From Lepidodermella squamata (Eukaryota; Animalia; Gastrotricha), in NCBI GenBank assembly GCA_047495785.1, contig JBLDXI010000007.1:372001-436000 (forward strand): a DNA stretch of 64,000 bases, in the 5' to 3' direction. Of the stretch, positions 1-12,422 are shown one piece after another. Numbering within the stretch: position 1 is the first letter of the stretch; each line of letters begins with the position of its first letter. The notes under the pieces are model-generated. The model was not told where the DNA came from, made no database searches, and saw only the letters and a program-made list of their open reading frames with translations. The position numbers were made by a program, and so were the translations under genes.

Positions 1-26
1 TTTATTCATTTAATTTTTATTATAAG

Positions 27-166
27 GGTGAACGATTTTGCTCTACTTTTCGATCTCCTGCTACATTGGTAAGCTAAACTGTGAATCCAAGCGATAGGTC
101 TATATTTTTTTATGGTATTTCAGGGCTGCTTCTCCAATGACTACCAGTGTCAGAAAGCTACTTTGA
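27..166 (+). CDS. Possible last two exons of a gene starting upstream of the window (unidentified)
   Basis: GTAAGC donor at ~69 and TTTCAG acceptor at ~123 define a ~55-nt intron; one spliced frame reads ...VNDFALLFDLLLHWAASPMTTSVRKLL*, followed by AATAAA at ~301. Frame and product not established. Confidence 0.3.
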
Positions 167-1332
167 GAACGCTTCAGTTCGATTCAACAAGAGATCGTCC
201 TGTTCTGAAGCTGGCCCGTTTCGCTAAAACTTGAAAAAGCGAGCTTATAAACTGAAAAGTGACCATCTGTTTTATTTACCTGTGGAATTTATTCTAAAGA
301 AATAAATAATGATAAAAATAAAATAATTAGATTAGATATGTAATAGTTGATCACTACTTCTTACGGCTGAGTTGCTCGTGGGCAGGATCAAAAGAATCAC
401 ACTAGAGAAATCTCGATATTGTTTTTGTTGTTGATGTTTGAATAACTTTACATTGGCTGCTTGTCATTACGATATATAAGGTCAAGAGAACATATGGTCA
501 TGGCGGAGCAACACTTGAAAAATACCTGTCACAAACGCGTGTGAACATGCGAGGTCTCGTCTAATTGTTGTTTTCTGCGCTACGCCGCGCGCCAACGGAT
601 CAAGCGTGTTATTAAGCAAAAAACACCTCAGCGCACCTGGGCTGGTTTTTTTCGCGTTAACACTCTAGGTAAACATTATTTCTGACAAATTATGCTTTTA
701 ATGCGGGGGGATACCTATTTTATTTTCAAACAATATTCCCGACACTAATCATTTAGATTTTAAATACCAGTCTTGAAAAGACATGTTATTACGAACTTCG
801 CTGCTTCGGTGCAGAGAAATTCGCTCAATTTATAAAAAAAAGCCTCTCTTTTTAATCAATTAAGAAGAATTGAGTTTGTCGTAATTAAATTTTCAAACAA
901 ACTTTAATGTTTTTTCAGAGAAATTTAATTAATTTATTAGCTGAAAATAATCTATGATTATGAACACTTTTTATGTTGTATTTTCCGGCTGGTTTTTAAA
1001 ATGCCAGCAAATTAACTGGTGTCTGAGAACTATTGCGAGCGCGCGTCTTGCTACGCGCGACACTTGTCACCTTGAGTGAAGCGTACCCACAACTGCGATA
1101 TAAAGACACCGCCGAAACCACATCCTTCATCGGCTTTTCTAATTACCATGCCGATGGCTTTTGCGACGACGGCAAAGATGACGCGCTCTAGCATTAGAAA
1201 AATGTCTTTTACTGCGCTTCATTGTTGTCGCTACTATACTGCATTTGCTGCGCAGTTTTCACAGCAGAAATAAAACAATGCTAGCCAACTGTTTTATAAG
1301 GATATTTTTTACGAATTTTTCCTGACTTTTTG

Positions 1333-2887
1333 ATGGGTCCTAATTTACTCATACCCATCGGCTTGCTTCAAGCCCTCGTTTTTGCCGGCACAGCGCTTGG
1401 TTTGTTTTTCTTCGCACTGAAAAAATCTGATGAGGAAAAAATTATATCCACAGCTCAGCAACAATGCCCAAGGCTGCTGGATACCATGGTTCCACCGAAT
1501 TTTGTTATGGAACAGAGCACGAGATATACGAATCGCGAAAGTGGCCTACAAATCTTCACTGAACTCAGAATCCCATGCGATGGTGATTTTTTAATATTCC
1601 TAATCTCAGCGATTTTAAAACAAATTTTCAGGCTACATTACTGAGTGGCGTTTTATCGCGGCGAATCCACTTGTTTACGGACTCCATTTAGCCATTTTCC
1701 GCCCAACCACAGCTGGGTCGGTGAAATTCATCGACGAAAGCTATTTGGAAGCGCTTTCGACGCCGAACAAAGAGGGCGGCGTTTGGATTTACTACCCGTT
1801 GGACACGCCGATTCAGGTGAAAACGGGCGACTACGTCGGCATGTTCTACGACCGATTTAAAACATCCTACGATTTACTAACGATTAGCAGTCAAACTGTT
1901 GACTCGAGCACGCCGCCAACTTACGTTTTCATCATGGACGATCCTTCGATCAAAAAATCACGTGAGTTTTCGGAGCCGAATAATTAGCCTATTAGGATAA
2001 GAGCTTTGTTTCATTTTTTAGCGACTGTCGATTTGTCGGCTGCTCAAGCAGTGTATCGAAAGCCAGCTCTAGTCGCAATGATTTCTGGTAGAATGCCTCC
2101 TCCGCCTGCACCCGCGCCTGCCCCGGCACCAGCCCCACAACCCGCTGATGCACCTGCGCCTAGGCCTGTGATTCCGCCGGCTCGGCGAGTCACCACAGCT
2201 CGTCCCACAACTGCCCGGCGAGGTCCATCAGGCAGGCCTCAGCCAAATAATAACAATAACAACGGCAACAGCAACAACAACCCAATTATTAACGCGATCA
2301 CTACGATGACCGACGTCACCGTTCCACCCAGCAATCGCGGCCTGGTTGACCCTAAGGTGCGATGCAGCGGGCCGCCTACTGCACTTCAAGTTTGCCAGCG
2401 CCTTCAACTCCGCGCTTACTACGACAGCACTCGCAACAGATGCCGTTGGTTTATTTAAAATCAACAAACTTAATTTAAAATTCCGAAAATAGGTTCATTT
2501 TTCGGCTGCGAAAGCTGGTCGGATGAGAGTAATAACTTCAATACTGTCGACGAATGTTCGGCGATATGCGGAGCGGCTGGAAGTGCTTCAAGCGGCGACT
2601 CTCAGCAGCAGCCGGCGCCCGAGTGCCAGCAGACCCCGAGCGCCGCGACTTACTGCGACGGGCCCAGCATTCGTTATTACTTTGACCGAAAGCTGAAAAA
2701 ATGCACGTCGTTCTACGGCTGCCCGTTGGCAACAGGCAGCAACAACTTCGAAAGCGCGGCTATTTGCGCGGCCAAGTGTGAGGTTGGTCAAGCGAGGGCG
2801 AGCGCCCAGCTTCAAGACGCGATGCCAAGCAGCAGTGCTCAATTTCTGATGCCGCCTGCTGTCGACCCGTTCCAAACACAAAAATAA
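1333..2887 (+). CDS. Secreted protein: signal peptide, uncharacterised beta-rich domain, Pro/Ala and poly-Asn linker, two Kunitz/BPTI-like domains
   Basis: Spliced model with ~50-60-nt introns (~1400-1453, ~1584-1631, ~1962-2021, ~2446-2492). Hydrophobic N-terminus MGPNLLIPIGLLQALVFAGTAL. Kunitz patterns C..C..RAYYDSTRNRCR/FIFGC..SNNFNTVDECSAIC and C..C..RYYFDRKLKKCTSFYGC..SNNFESAAICAAKC. Stop TAA at 2885-2887. Confidence 0.8.
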
Positions 2888-3739
2888 TAACGTGCCATAC
2901 GAAAACGTAGCGAAACACACTTTTGCATCTTCCCATTTTTATTCGACTTCGAAAACCAGCGAAACGTAACAATTTTATCTCATCACAAGCTTGAACAATC
3001 CGTCGACGCTAAAACAGAGACGCGCGCATCATAGTGCCAACTTATTTTTGTTGAAAAAAATAATAAAAATGCATTTTCAGAGAGCAGGTAATTCCGAAAA
3101 ACAGTGCTCGTTTGAAAGTTTGTCCGTGGTAAGGTCAGAGAAAAGCGTGGAGCGCTAATTAACCACTCAAACTATTACACACTCACAGCTCAACTTTCTG
3201 AGTTTCAAGTTTGTATATAAAAAATGCCAGTAATGTGACCAGGTGGACATTGTTGGCAGTTTTTTGGCTATTCCAATTGAAGACTTAGGCATGGCAAAAT
3301 TCAAAGTTGCTCAAGTAGAGACGATGGATCAATTGGTAATCAACAAAAAAGAAAGCTCGGATTTCTAAAATTCGAATCAATGTGGTATATTATTGTGATA
3401 TGATAAGGAATCACAGGTTAGGAAACTTTGGATTTTTTCATTTCTTTCTTTCATTCATTTTTATTTCTGAATATTTCGGCGGCTGGTTGAATAAAACTAG
3501 ATACTGCAGATTCTTTTTGTATAGCCCTTAGAGCAGGCTATCCAACGGTACCCAACTCATGGGGTCTTTACCTTGGCGCCTTCGATATTTAGTAGGCCGA
3601 AGTGGCCCCATTTATCAAAACCTGGTAAAACTTTGAAAACCAATGAATCACTTTCCTCTTTGAATAGCAGCACCGCTTTCCTGAATTACCATGTCTCCGT
3701 AAATGTCTTTGATAATCATCTGATTTAATAAACAAAGGA

Positions 3740-5057
3740 CTATTTTTGGGTTTGATTCCCGCTAGTCGCCAATTTGACATGTTCAAATTGTTCAGCCAAT
3801 GCAGCGACTACATTCTTCACATTCGGCTGAACCGCGGCTAGAACGCTGAAATCCAGCGATCGAAGCACAGCGGCTGTTGGTTCGCCAACTGCGACGAGGT
3901 GAGCAGTCGCGTTTTCGCTGCCTTTCAACGCGATTTCATCGACAACCGTTGCTGTTGTCTGCGGGCTGAAGAAGATGATCACCGCCGGCCGGCCGAGTTT
4001 CGTACAGGCGTCGACGTATTCTTCCTTCACCTTGCAATTCGCGTGGACCGAAAATACGATCACATCAGTATGACGCAGCTGTAGTTCGTCCAAACGAACC
4101 CCAGCGAAATCAATCTTGATGGGAAAAAAAACATGAAAAATTTATAAGTGTAGTTTTCTAACCCACGCCAACATGTGCATCGATCTATCCCGAATTAGTT
4201 AAAATGGATCAATTTTGTTCAGCGAGATTGCCCCTGATAAATTACTGCGTCATTTCCTTTCATGTAATATTTAGAAATCCGGAAATGCAATCATTAGCTT
4301 GCTATATTAAATAAATCGATGAAATATACGGAACAAAATCCAGAGTACTTTTAGGTTTTTCTCTCGCAAAAACCTACTTCTTTGTCTTTATAGCCAGTGC
4401 TATCGCCTGTGAGATACAGAATAGGAAGCAGCTCCTCTTTATCGATGACCTCGCCGAGTTTAGAAGAAACGTCCACGCCATCGGCGAAAACATGCTGGAC
4501 TCGGAAGCCGAGCCTTTCGAGCCCAGATCGCGTCTTCTTGCCAACAGTAAAACACGCACGAGTTGACCACAATTTCTATAAAGAATAAATTTTTCGAAAA
4601 ATTTAAAAAATATCGGCACTTCTAAAATTGAGATTCCGGTTAAATTTTTCCGATTCTTTGCAATTTCAAATCCATGAATTGGGATTTTTGAGATTTTTCA
4701 AGATTTAAGGTGTCTACTTGGCACACCCATAAAATATTCTACAGGAGACTTTCAAGTGAATGTTCGAAATTTGGTTCTGTAATGTGAATATAAACTTACC
4801 CGAATTTCAGTGGACAAAGAATCTGAATCAGCGAGCCGTTCAATCGCTTGAACTGCATTCACGCTTGATACCAGGATAGATTTGTATTGAGCTGTCTCTT
4901 CGCCGAATAAATGGCTTCGAAGTTGATCTTCATTCACAAAGTACATTCGCTGCATCGGAATTCGAGAGCATACAAAGCCAACGCTTTCCAGGCCGCTCCT
5001 GTACTCGTCTGGTTCGACTTCAGACTTGAACATGCATATGTGAGGCCGATCAGCCAT
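3740..5057 (-). CDS. UROS: Uroporphyrinogen-III synthase (HemD/UROS), 3 exons
   Basis: Exons join MADRPHICMFKSE..DEYRSGLESVGF..ILVSSVNAVQAI / CFTVGKKTRSGLERLGF..LPILYLTGD / PAVIIFFSP..LVAVGEPTAAVL. These match the HemD motifs (TS.NAV, VG..T, FFSP, AIG.TTA). Confidence 0.8.
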
Positions 5058-6421
5058 GGGCACAGGCGCTGCAATAGCAGCCGGCTTTTTCGGCCTGAGC
5101 AAAGTTTCGGATGAAAAAATTCGCCGCGAAAACGTTGGAATGTCCGTGCGATACCGCTTGACTGATTTGCAATAGAAGCATGATACGACCAGGTGCTTAT
5201 TCCTCGTGCCTAAATTAACAGAACTTTTATAAGACTTGTTCAAGTCCGCAGAAAATGCCAACTTCTCAGTCGAAAAGAACAGGAAAGTGCGGGGATTTGA
5301 ATCAATTTACACTTCTTGCATATCATGTTTCGCAATTCCGAAGACCTGAAAATGTTGCGATATTTCAGGCTGTTAATTTTTCACGATCAAAGGCTCACAG
5401 TTTGATTTGTTTACTCGCCACAATTTTAATGAATTTTTTGCAAAATTCAATCGACTGCAGGAAATTTTTCGGGTTGTTTACCAATGTGGTTCGCGCCAAC
5501 TTCAGCAAATAAATAGCGCGTTGGGTCTCAATATTCGGCTTCATTATAAAAATTATTCGATAGCTAGCAAACACAACGAAAACGACAACAGTTTTTAAAA
5601 CATTATGAAATACTTTATTTTTTATTTTTTCGGTCCAGCGTCAAGTTGTCTTCGGAACAAGAAGAGAAACGAAAATTCCAATATTATAACGACCCATTTC
5701 GCATAAACTCTAACTCGGACGGAATAGATATAGTCGTTTGGTTAGTATCTTTCGGCAAATATAAACATAGCATTGTTTATGAACCATCATTTTCAAAAAA
5801 TTCAACGGCTTCTTTGCACAATCGCGCTTGAGAAACAGCGAGTAATCTATACATATAGAGATAGAAGAAGAGCGAGAGAGAAGAACCACCTCAATAAAGT
5901 GTAATCATCAAATAAGAGATGTATGCACGCTCAAAAATAGTTGCTTCATAAATTTTTCAAATTACCACATCATATCAATTCACGATTGGTAGGCAGCCCC
6001 CACTATATTATCAATCTTAAACTACAAGAATATTTAGCAAGATAGCTGATCACATCTGTCTATAAAAAGAAGGTCGCCAATCCTGCGGTGCAGAAAATAT
6101 ATGCGTCTCATCAGCATCCTGCCGTAAATGATGGCATAAAAACGAGGTAAAATACAAAGTGGTGTTAGTCTGATCTAGGACAGATGTTTATACAGGTTTT
6201 ATCACCCGCATAAAACGCGAGTAGGTGTCGGACGTCTTTCACGTGGGAACAAGCAAAAACAAATAACAGTTATTTTGAATTTCTTTATATTAATAGTAAG
6301 GGAATACAGATAAGACCTCTTCGACAGGCTGTTGTTTTTCTTCCGAATATGTGCACTGAAGAAGGCTTATTTTTCAATCATAAAAATGAGTGTTTATGAG
6401 TCAGTTTAAGAGTTCTTATTA

Positions 6422-8366
6422 TTAAAAGCCAGCAGGACATCCGCCTTTCCTCGCATCACAACACGCAAGCCAAGCCAAAGGGGTGCCATCCGGCGATTTG
6501 CCGACAAATTGAATACCGGAGATGACAGTCAGGTACCGCTCGGTTTCTTCTTCGATCAAATGACCGCGATCTTCGAGTTTTTGCTTCAATTCGCCGCAGA
6601 AACCCGATTCGAGGACAAGCAACGAGCTGCCGGAGTTATGGATCCAATGCCTAACGCGAGGTGCAGCTATCGCTTTACACAAAAGCATCGGTTGGGGGGC
6701 GAATAACGCCTGAGCTAAAACATAAGAGACTGCTCCAACAATTCTACTTCCACCAGCGCCGCCGCATAGCAGATGCACACTAGAGCCGGGCGGGAAGTGG
6801 AGGCCTAATCTGTCGCTACTATTGTTTTCACCGTTTTCGTCGTTTTCGTTGGCGCCATTTGTCGTAGGGGTACTAATAACAATGACTGGAGACATGGCAG
6901 ATACGGGCCGTTTACCAGGCCCGATGAAGTGGCGAGAGGGAACGGAAGAGACTGCTAACCGGAATCGTTCCCGATCGGAATAGGCAAAATCTTCAATCGT
7001 ATTATTGAAAATCACACCAGATCGGCTTCCCATCAGCCGCGAGCCAAAATAGTGGTTTATGGAACTCGTCACCGAAACAGCATCGCCGTTAGGAGCGACA
7101 ATGCACGCATGCGCTGTACCCCCGAAATCTACACTCAGCCCCAACTTGTTACTGCCATTTTTATCGACAGTTGACCGCGCTCCGATGAAAGTTGACATAT
7201 GTTTGTACACCTTCATCACGTCGTTTGAAAGAACGTTGTCGGTAATCATTTCACCACAAGACTGCCCCAGCGCTGGGTCGAGCATGTTATTTACAGCTTC
7301 AGTAACTTCGGGATGGAAGACAGCATCTCCTACGAATTCGTAGGCCGGATAAGCAAGCTTGACACATTCGATATACCGGTGAAAGAATTCCGCATTGGCC
7401 TCTGCGGCATCGTTTTTTTCTTGTCCCGATTTTTTCTGTGCGCTTCGTTCCGCGCCAGCGAGCAGATTTAAAATTAAAGAAACTATACAGCCACCTGATG
7501 GAGGTGGATGTGATACGATCGTAAATGTTTTGTCGCAGCCGTTTCTCGCGGGCACTTGATACGACAACGGTTTGGCGACTCTCACCTTATAATTGTCGAA
7601 ATCGGACCGGTCTATTAAACAACCAAGATCTTTAAGGTCAGCGCAAATGTCAGAGAGGTATGCGTCGAAATTTCCCTTCGCCAAATTTTCCAAAGATTTG
7701 GAGAGAAGAGGCCATTTGATGATTTCGCCTTCGTTATAAGGGTTGCCAGTTATAGAGTTGGTTAGTTGCTGGGCTAACCCTGTCAGTTTTCGTTCAATCA
7801 GATCTTTGTAAACAATGCGTATGGCTCTGGCGAAGGCATGCGTCACAGGAAATCCTTCGTTAGCGTATCTAATCGCAGGCGCAAAGAGGTCTTTCCAAGG
7901 CAATCGGCCCCATCGCTTATGCACTTCTTTGTACCCGAGTATTTCCGCCGGGACAGCTATCGAATTCTTGTAATCCCCGGATAATGGTGCCGCTTCTCGT
8001 GCATCGATGGCATAAGAGGTGTGCGAGGCTGAGTCGAAAAATACCATGAAAAAGCCACCACCTGGAGAGCAAAGTATTAATATCCTTATTACCATACATA
8101 TTATGAAATAAAACCATAATCATACCGAGGCCCATGCTATGCGCATTAGACATGCCGTTGACCAGAAGTGTAGCAATAGCAGCATCAACGGCTGAGCCTC
8201 CTTTGCTTAACATTTCCCTTCCAGCTTCAGCAGCAATGGCGGAATCGCAGCTAACAGCACCGCTTTCAAAGAAACCATACGATTGATCAGAGGGCCTCCT
8301 TCCCTGGCAGGTCGCCATGTTGCGTTCTAATTTGTCGAATGTTGGCAGTTTTACATTATAAGACAT
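6422..8366 (-). CDS. GGT: Gamma-glutamyltransferase / glutathione hydrolase (Ntn-hydrolase)
   Basis: GAVSCD..GGSAVDAAIATLL..HSMGLG / GGGFFMV..IDAREAAP; nucleophile motif GTAH..DAVSVTSSINHYFGS; PGKRPVSAMSP; GGSRI; C-terminal DARKGGCPAGF. One intron ~8064-8124. Start codon uncertain (8450, 8366 or 8318). Confidence 0.92.
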
Positions 8367-9618
8367 TGGGAATATCCATTTTTTGAAATCGCCCAATACT
8401 ACAATAACGTAAGAAAGTAACGCTTGAATACGTTCAGAAATCGTAAACATCTTTACAGCTTTTCATGCAAGTGTCATGAGAGCGCACGCTGAATTCATTT
8501 TATATCCAGGCGTGTTCACGTGAAACCTCAGGAATAGCATATAAAGATAAGCATATTAGTATAAACGACATGTGGAAGTTGGCTGTAAGTTGCAAGTGCG
8601 GGTTCAGTTTGAGTGCAAATAATAAATCCAAATAAGCCATGAAGGTCCAGGAGAGATATAAGTGACCAATACACTTTGAACTCAGAGTGGAAAGAAAGAG
8701 GTCAAAATATGAGCTCGGAAATATTGCAATTTTGAGTACCACGAGTTGCACATGAGACCGAAAGTAGGTCAGGCCATCCTACAGCACTCGCTTTACACCA
8801 CAAAGGACTTGTCCAATTGGCGAAGAACAATAAGTAAGCGCCAAATTATCATTTGATGTCGACATAAAATATACAATAAACCATAAGACAGTATGTAAAA
8901 ATTTAACTTACGAATTTTTGAAATTCTAATTTTTTTGGCTCGAAATTTAAAAAGCCTAGGTCGGACGGATGTTGTTGATCGAGTGTGGTCAGCTCAGCAT
9001 CCTCAAGCATTTCGTAACCGCATACCGCTTTGAACTATCGAATATAGCGGATGATAACTGATGATTCGCTGACTATGCCACCGAAAACAACCTCCAATGT
9101 TATTGGCTCGGGACAAACCACAATAGCCTATAGTTCCATTCCAAAATTCAAGCTTGTGAGTAAGCTAATTAGCTAAAGAATTTAAGTCCCAACATACCAG
9201 TCAAAGTAAAGATTGTTGTTTGTTCAAGGGATAGCTGATTCAAATTGAATATATCACCCTTTGTCAGCTACGTGCCTGAAATCTTTCACAATAAACCGCG
9301 TTTACTACTTTTCTGATGTTGTGTGCCATACAGCACATAGGGTGATTGCTCATCTCCCTGTTAGACAAGTCTAACAGTGACAACAAAGAAGTTCTCTCTA
9401 TTGTTAGACTTTGGACCACTGCCCGAGTGAATAAGCGTTGGAATGATCGTTCTGCTTTCTGGAGAACTTTTTTCCATATCTTCGCGGCTCGTGACTCGTG
9501 AATCAAGCGAACAATTCTTTAGGGTGTAAAGTTATGGTATTCAGTCGCTCCAACCAACAATTACTTGATGGCATAATTGTATTCTCGCATCGGTAATTCA
9601 GTAGGGTGCTATAAAAAT

Positions 9619-10209
9619 ATGTTTGTACTCTCTGGAAGTAATTTACTGAAAAATGCGGCCAATGGTTCTTCTAAAGAAATGGCCCAGTTGAATGTTGCTG
9701 GCCTGCGAGACGTTACTAGCGACATTCGTCATTTGTATGAGGCTAATGAACGTGATTTGCGAGCTGTTTCAGATAGCGAGGGCGAGTCAGCTGAGCTAAC
9801 TCTTGCCGTCATTCAGCTTCGCCACGCTACTGTCGAACGCCTTCGACGCTGTGGCCTCGCTTACCTCGGAGACAGAATCACCAAACTGACCAATTTTTAC
9901 GGTGATATTGGAGGAGCTTCAGCTCAACAGCAATCAGGCGAATGTAACGCGCTAGATATGGCATGGATTAGTGCGAGATCTCGAGCTCTCGCAGATTATC
10001 AGCGCTCTATCGGAATAGACCTGTCATCCTCTCTGCAGCCACCTTCGCGCTGCCTCCGCACCACTGTCCGTTGCAAAGTTGACTTTGGTCCACTCGTAAC
10101 AAGCGATGGACACGTCGCTGTTTTAGCTCGAGACGCAATTGTCGAACTCCCATCATCCGATGCTGATCGGCTGCTTCGACTGGGTCTCTTGGAACGACTA
10201 AATGCTTGA
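9619..10209 (+). CDS. GINS1: GINS complex subunit 1 (Psf1), intronless
   Basis: RH..VERLRRCGLAYL.DRI helical A-domain and C-terminal B-domain (PP..TTVRCKVDFG.LVT.DG..V.L...L.R.GLLE); ~196 aa. Confidence 0.88.
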   Translation: MFVLSGSNLLKNAANGSSKEMAQLNVAGLRDVTSDIRHLYEANERDLRAVSDSEGESAELTLAVIQLRHATVERLRRCGLAYLGDRITKLTNFYGDIGGASAQQQSGECNALDMAWISARSRALADYQRSIGIDLSSSLQPPSRCLRTTVRCKVDFGPLVTSDGHVAVLARDAIVELPSSDADRLLRLGLLERLNA

Positions 10210-10334
10210 TTTGACTTGGCTTCGAATCTCACTGAACTGTTGGCTTTATATTCATCAGCATTTTTCATTGAAGCCTTTAAAATATTCAAAACGAATTTTC
10301 ACACTTTAGATCTGAGTTAAATATTCCGATTTTC

Positions 10335-11748
10335 ATGGCCACTTCGAAGGAGAAAGAAGGGCCTGAGGCGCCGTTCTACGCTGGATCGGAGGGAGAAATG
10401 CTGAGGCAATGCTCGAAGTCTTCAAATGGAGAACCCATTGAAAAAGACAATCAGAAGAAAAAAGAAAAGTATCTATAAGGGGGTCAACAACTTGCTATTT
10501 CTTATCACATTCTATTGCAGGCGTGTGTATAAGCTGACCGACTTTCAAGTTGGCAAACCTTTGGGAAAAGGTAGATTTGGCAGTGTGTTTCTGGTTCGCG
10601 AGAAGCAAACTCACTATGTGTGCGCCCTGAAGGTAACCCACGTCTCATGGTATTTTTCGTCCTATTTTTTTTTTCTCGTAGTGCATCTTCAAATCAGAAC
10701 TGTTTCGGTGTCGACTGGAACATCAACTTCGCAGAGAAATTGAAATTCAAGCCCATCTCAAGTAATTTGCGGAAATAATAGAAATTATTTGCAACTTGGC
10801 TTGATTTACAGGCACCCAAACATTTTGAAAATGTATGGTTGGTTCCATGACGAAAAGCGAATTTTTCTGATTCTCGAGTACGCGTCAAACGGTGAACTGT
10901 ACAACAAGTTGCGGAAAGTCGGACAGTTCCCAGAAGAACAAGCTGCTACGGTAATTTTTAGCCTAATTATTATGCCACGAAATTGGGATATAAATTTCGT
11001 TTGATTATAATTGTTACTATTAAATTTTCTATTATTTTACAGTATATTTATCAAGTTGCTGACGCTCTGGCATATTGCCACGAGTGGCGAGTCATTCATC
11101 GTGATCTCAAGGTACTAAATAGGCAATTATCCTCGATTTTCTATTTCTTTTTCTCGAAATTAGCCGGAAAACATTTTGCTGGGCTTTCACGACGAAGTGA
11201 AGCTTTCAGATTTCGGCTGGTCGGTCCATGCGCCGTCTTCGCGCCGAAAAACACTCTGCGGCACCTTGGACTACCTTCCGCCAGAAATGGTGCTCAGTGA
11301 GCCTCACGACGTTGGAGTCGATATTTGGACTCTGGGCGTCTTAACCTACGAACTGCTATGCGGCCGGCCGCCGTTCGAGTCGCAATCTCAAGAAGAAACC
11401 TACGAACGCATCGGCCGGCTCGAATTCTCGTTCCCTTCTCACGTGTCTAACATGGCGCGCGATATGATCTGTAAACTGCTGGTTAGGCAAGCCGATCGTC
11501 GAATTTCATGCAAAAAAGCTCAGGACCACGAGTGGCTGCAGAAAAACATCGACCGAAAGGCTTTCGGCATCAAAGCTCTGTTTGCCTTTAGAGACGCTGT
11601 GAAGCATGGCTCGTCAGCTCACGGAGGTGGCGGTGAATTGGGTTCGCATCACTCGAATGCGGAGAACGTTAAGCCCGAGCCAGCCCCGGTCAAGTCAAGC
11701 CACAACCCGGCTGGCGGCGTTTCGAAGAAAACCACGACATCAAAATAA
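10335..11748 (+). CDS. AURK: Aurora kinase, 6 exons
   Basis: DFQVGKPLGKGRFGSVFL..ALK / QLRREIEIQAHL / HPNILKMYGWFHD / IHRDLK / PEN..DFGWSVHAPSSRRKTLCGTLDYLPPEM. Gly in MYGWF resembles Aurora A or the ancestral single Aurora. Confidence 0.95.
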
Positions 11749-12422
11749 AACTATTGCTTGTTCAGCGCACTTGTACCATAATCTCACATTCCATTTGCTT
11801 GCCCGCAGTGATTCGTGAAGTTTGCTAATGTATTTTAGCGTATACTTGAATATTCTAAGTCGACTTTGCCATGTTATTTCAAGGTTTTGTTTCTGCGCAT
11901 TTTTACCATACCTGCTTATATCCACTGCTAACAGTTTCTTAGCCAACAGTCTTTTTGAATAATTCGTTCTTATATAAGTGTTTTATTTGAAAATAAACAG
12001 CCTGACGTATTGAAAAAGTTGTTTTACAGCGAAACACGACGAAAAATGTGACGCAGTCTAATTTCGAGGACGGCAGGAGAGTTTTCCATGATTATTTAAG
12101 GCATTCAGCGAAGCAGCGTTAATTCGTCTGTAGAAAAACTGTTGTTTTGTCTTTGTACAGTGCAGCTTCGTTTTGATGTCATAGTTGTATCGTATCGCAG
12201 CCTTTCTCATCAAGTACAATGCATTGTTTTGTAACCGCAGGTCTTCCGAGGTCGTCTCGCATCCCTATATCCTAATTTTGATGATTGATGTGCAATTGGA
12301 AAGCATTTCTCGGAAAGCATCTCCCAAGTGAATAGGATGTGTAAACAAAATATCGCTTGTGATCGGGGTTACATACTGTTCCAAAGAATGATTTAGAAGC
12401 TCTTTCATACCGTGACAAATCA

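Noticed and set aside
3144-3155. AGCGTGGAGCGC repeated at 58200-58211 as a shared promoter motif
   Set aside because: One 12-mer match is expected by chance in 64 kb.
3223-3735. Possible small + strand gene between the Kunitz gene and UROS
   Set aside because: Splice-like sites exist but I could not build a coherent or recognisable protein.
8760-9510. Short minus-strand ORFs upstream of GGT
   Set aside because: No homology or consistent exon chain; may be UTR or promoter.
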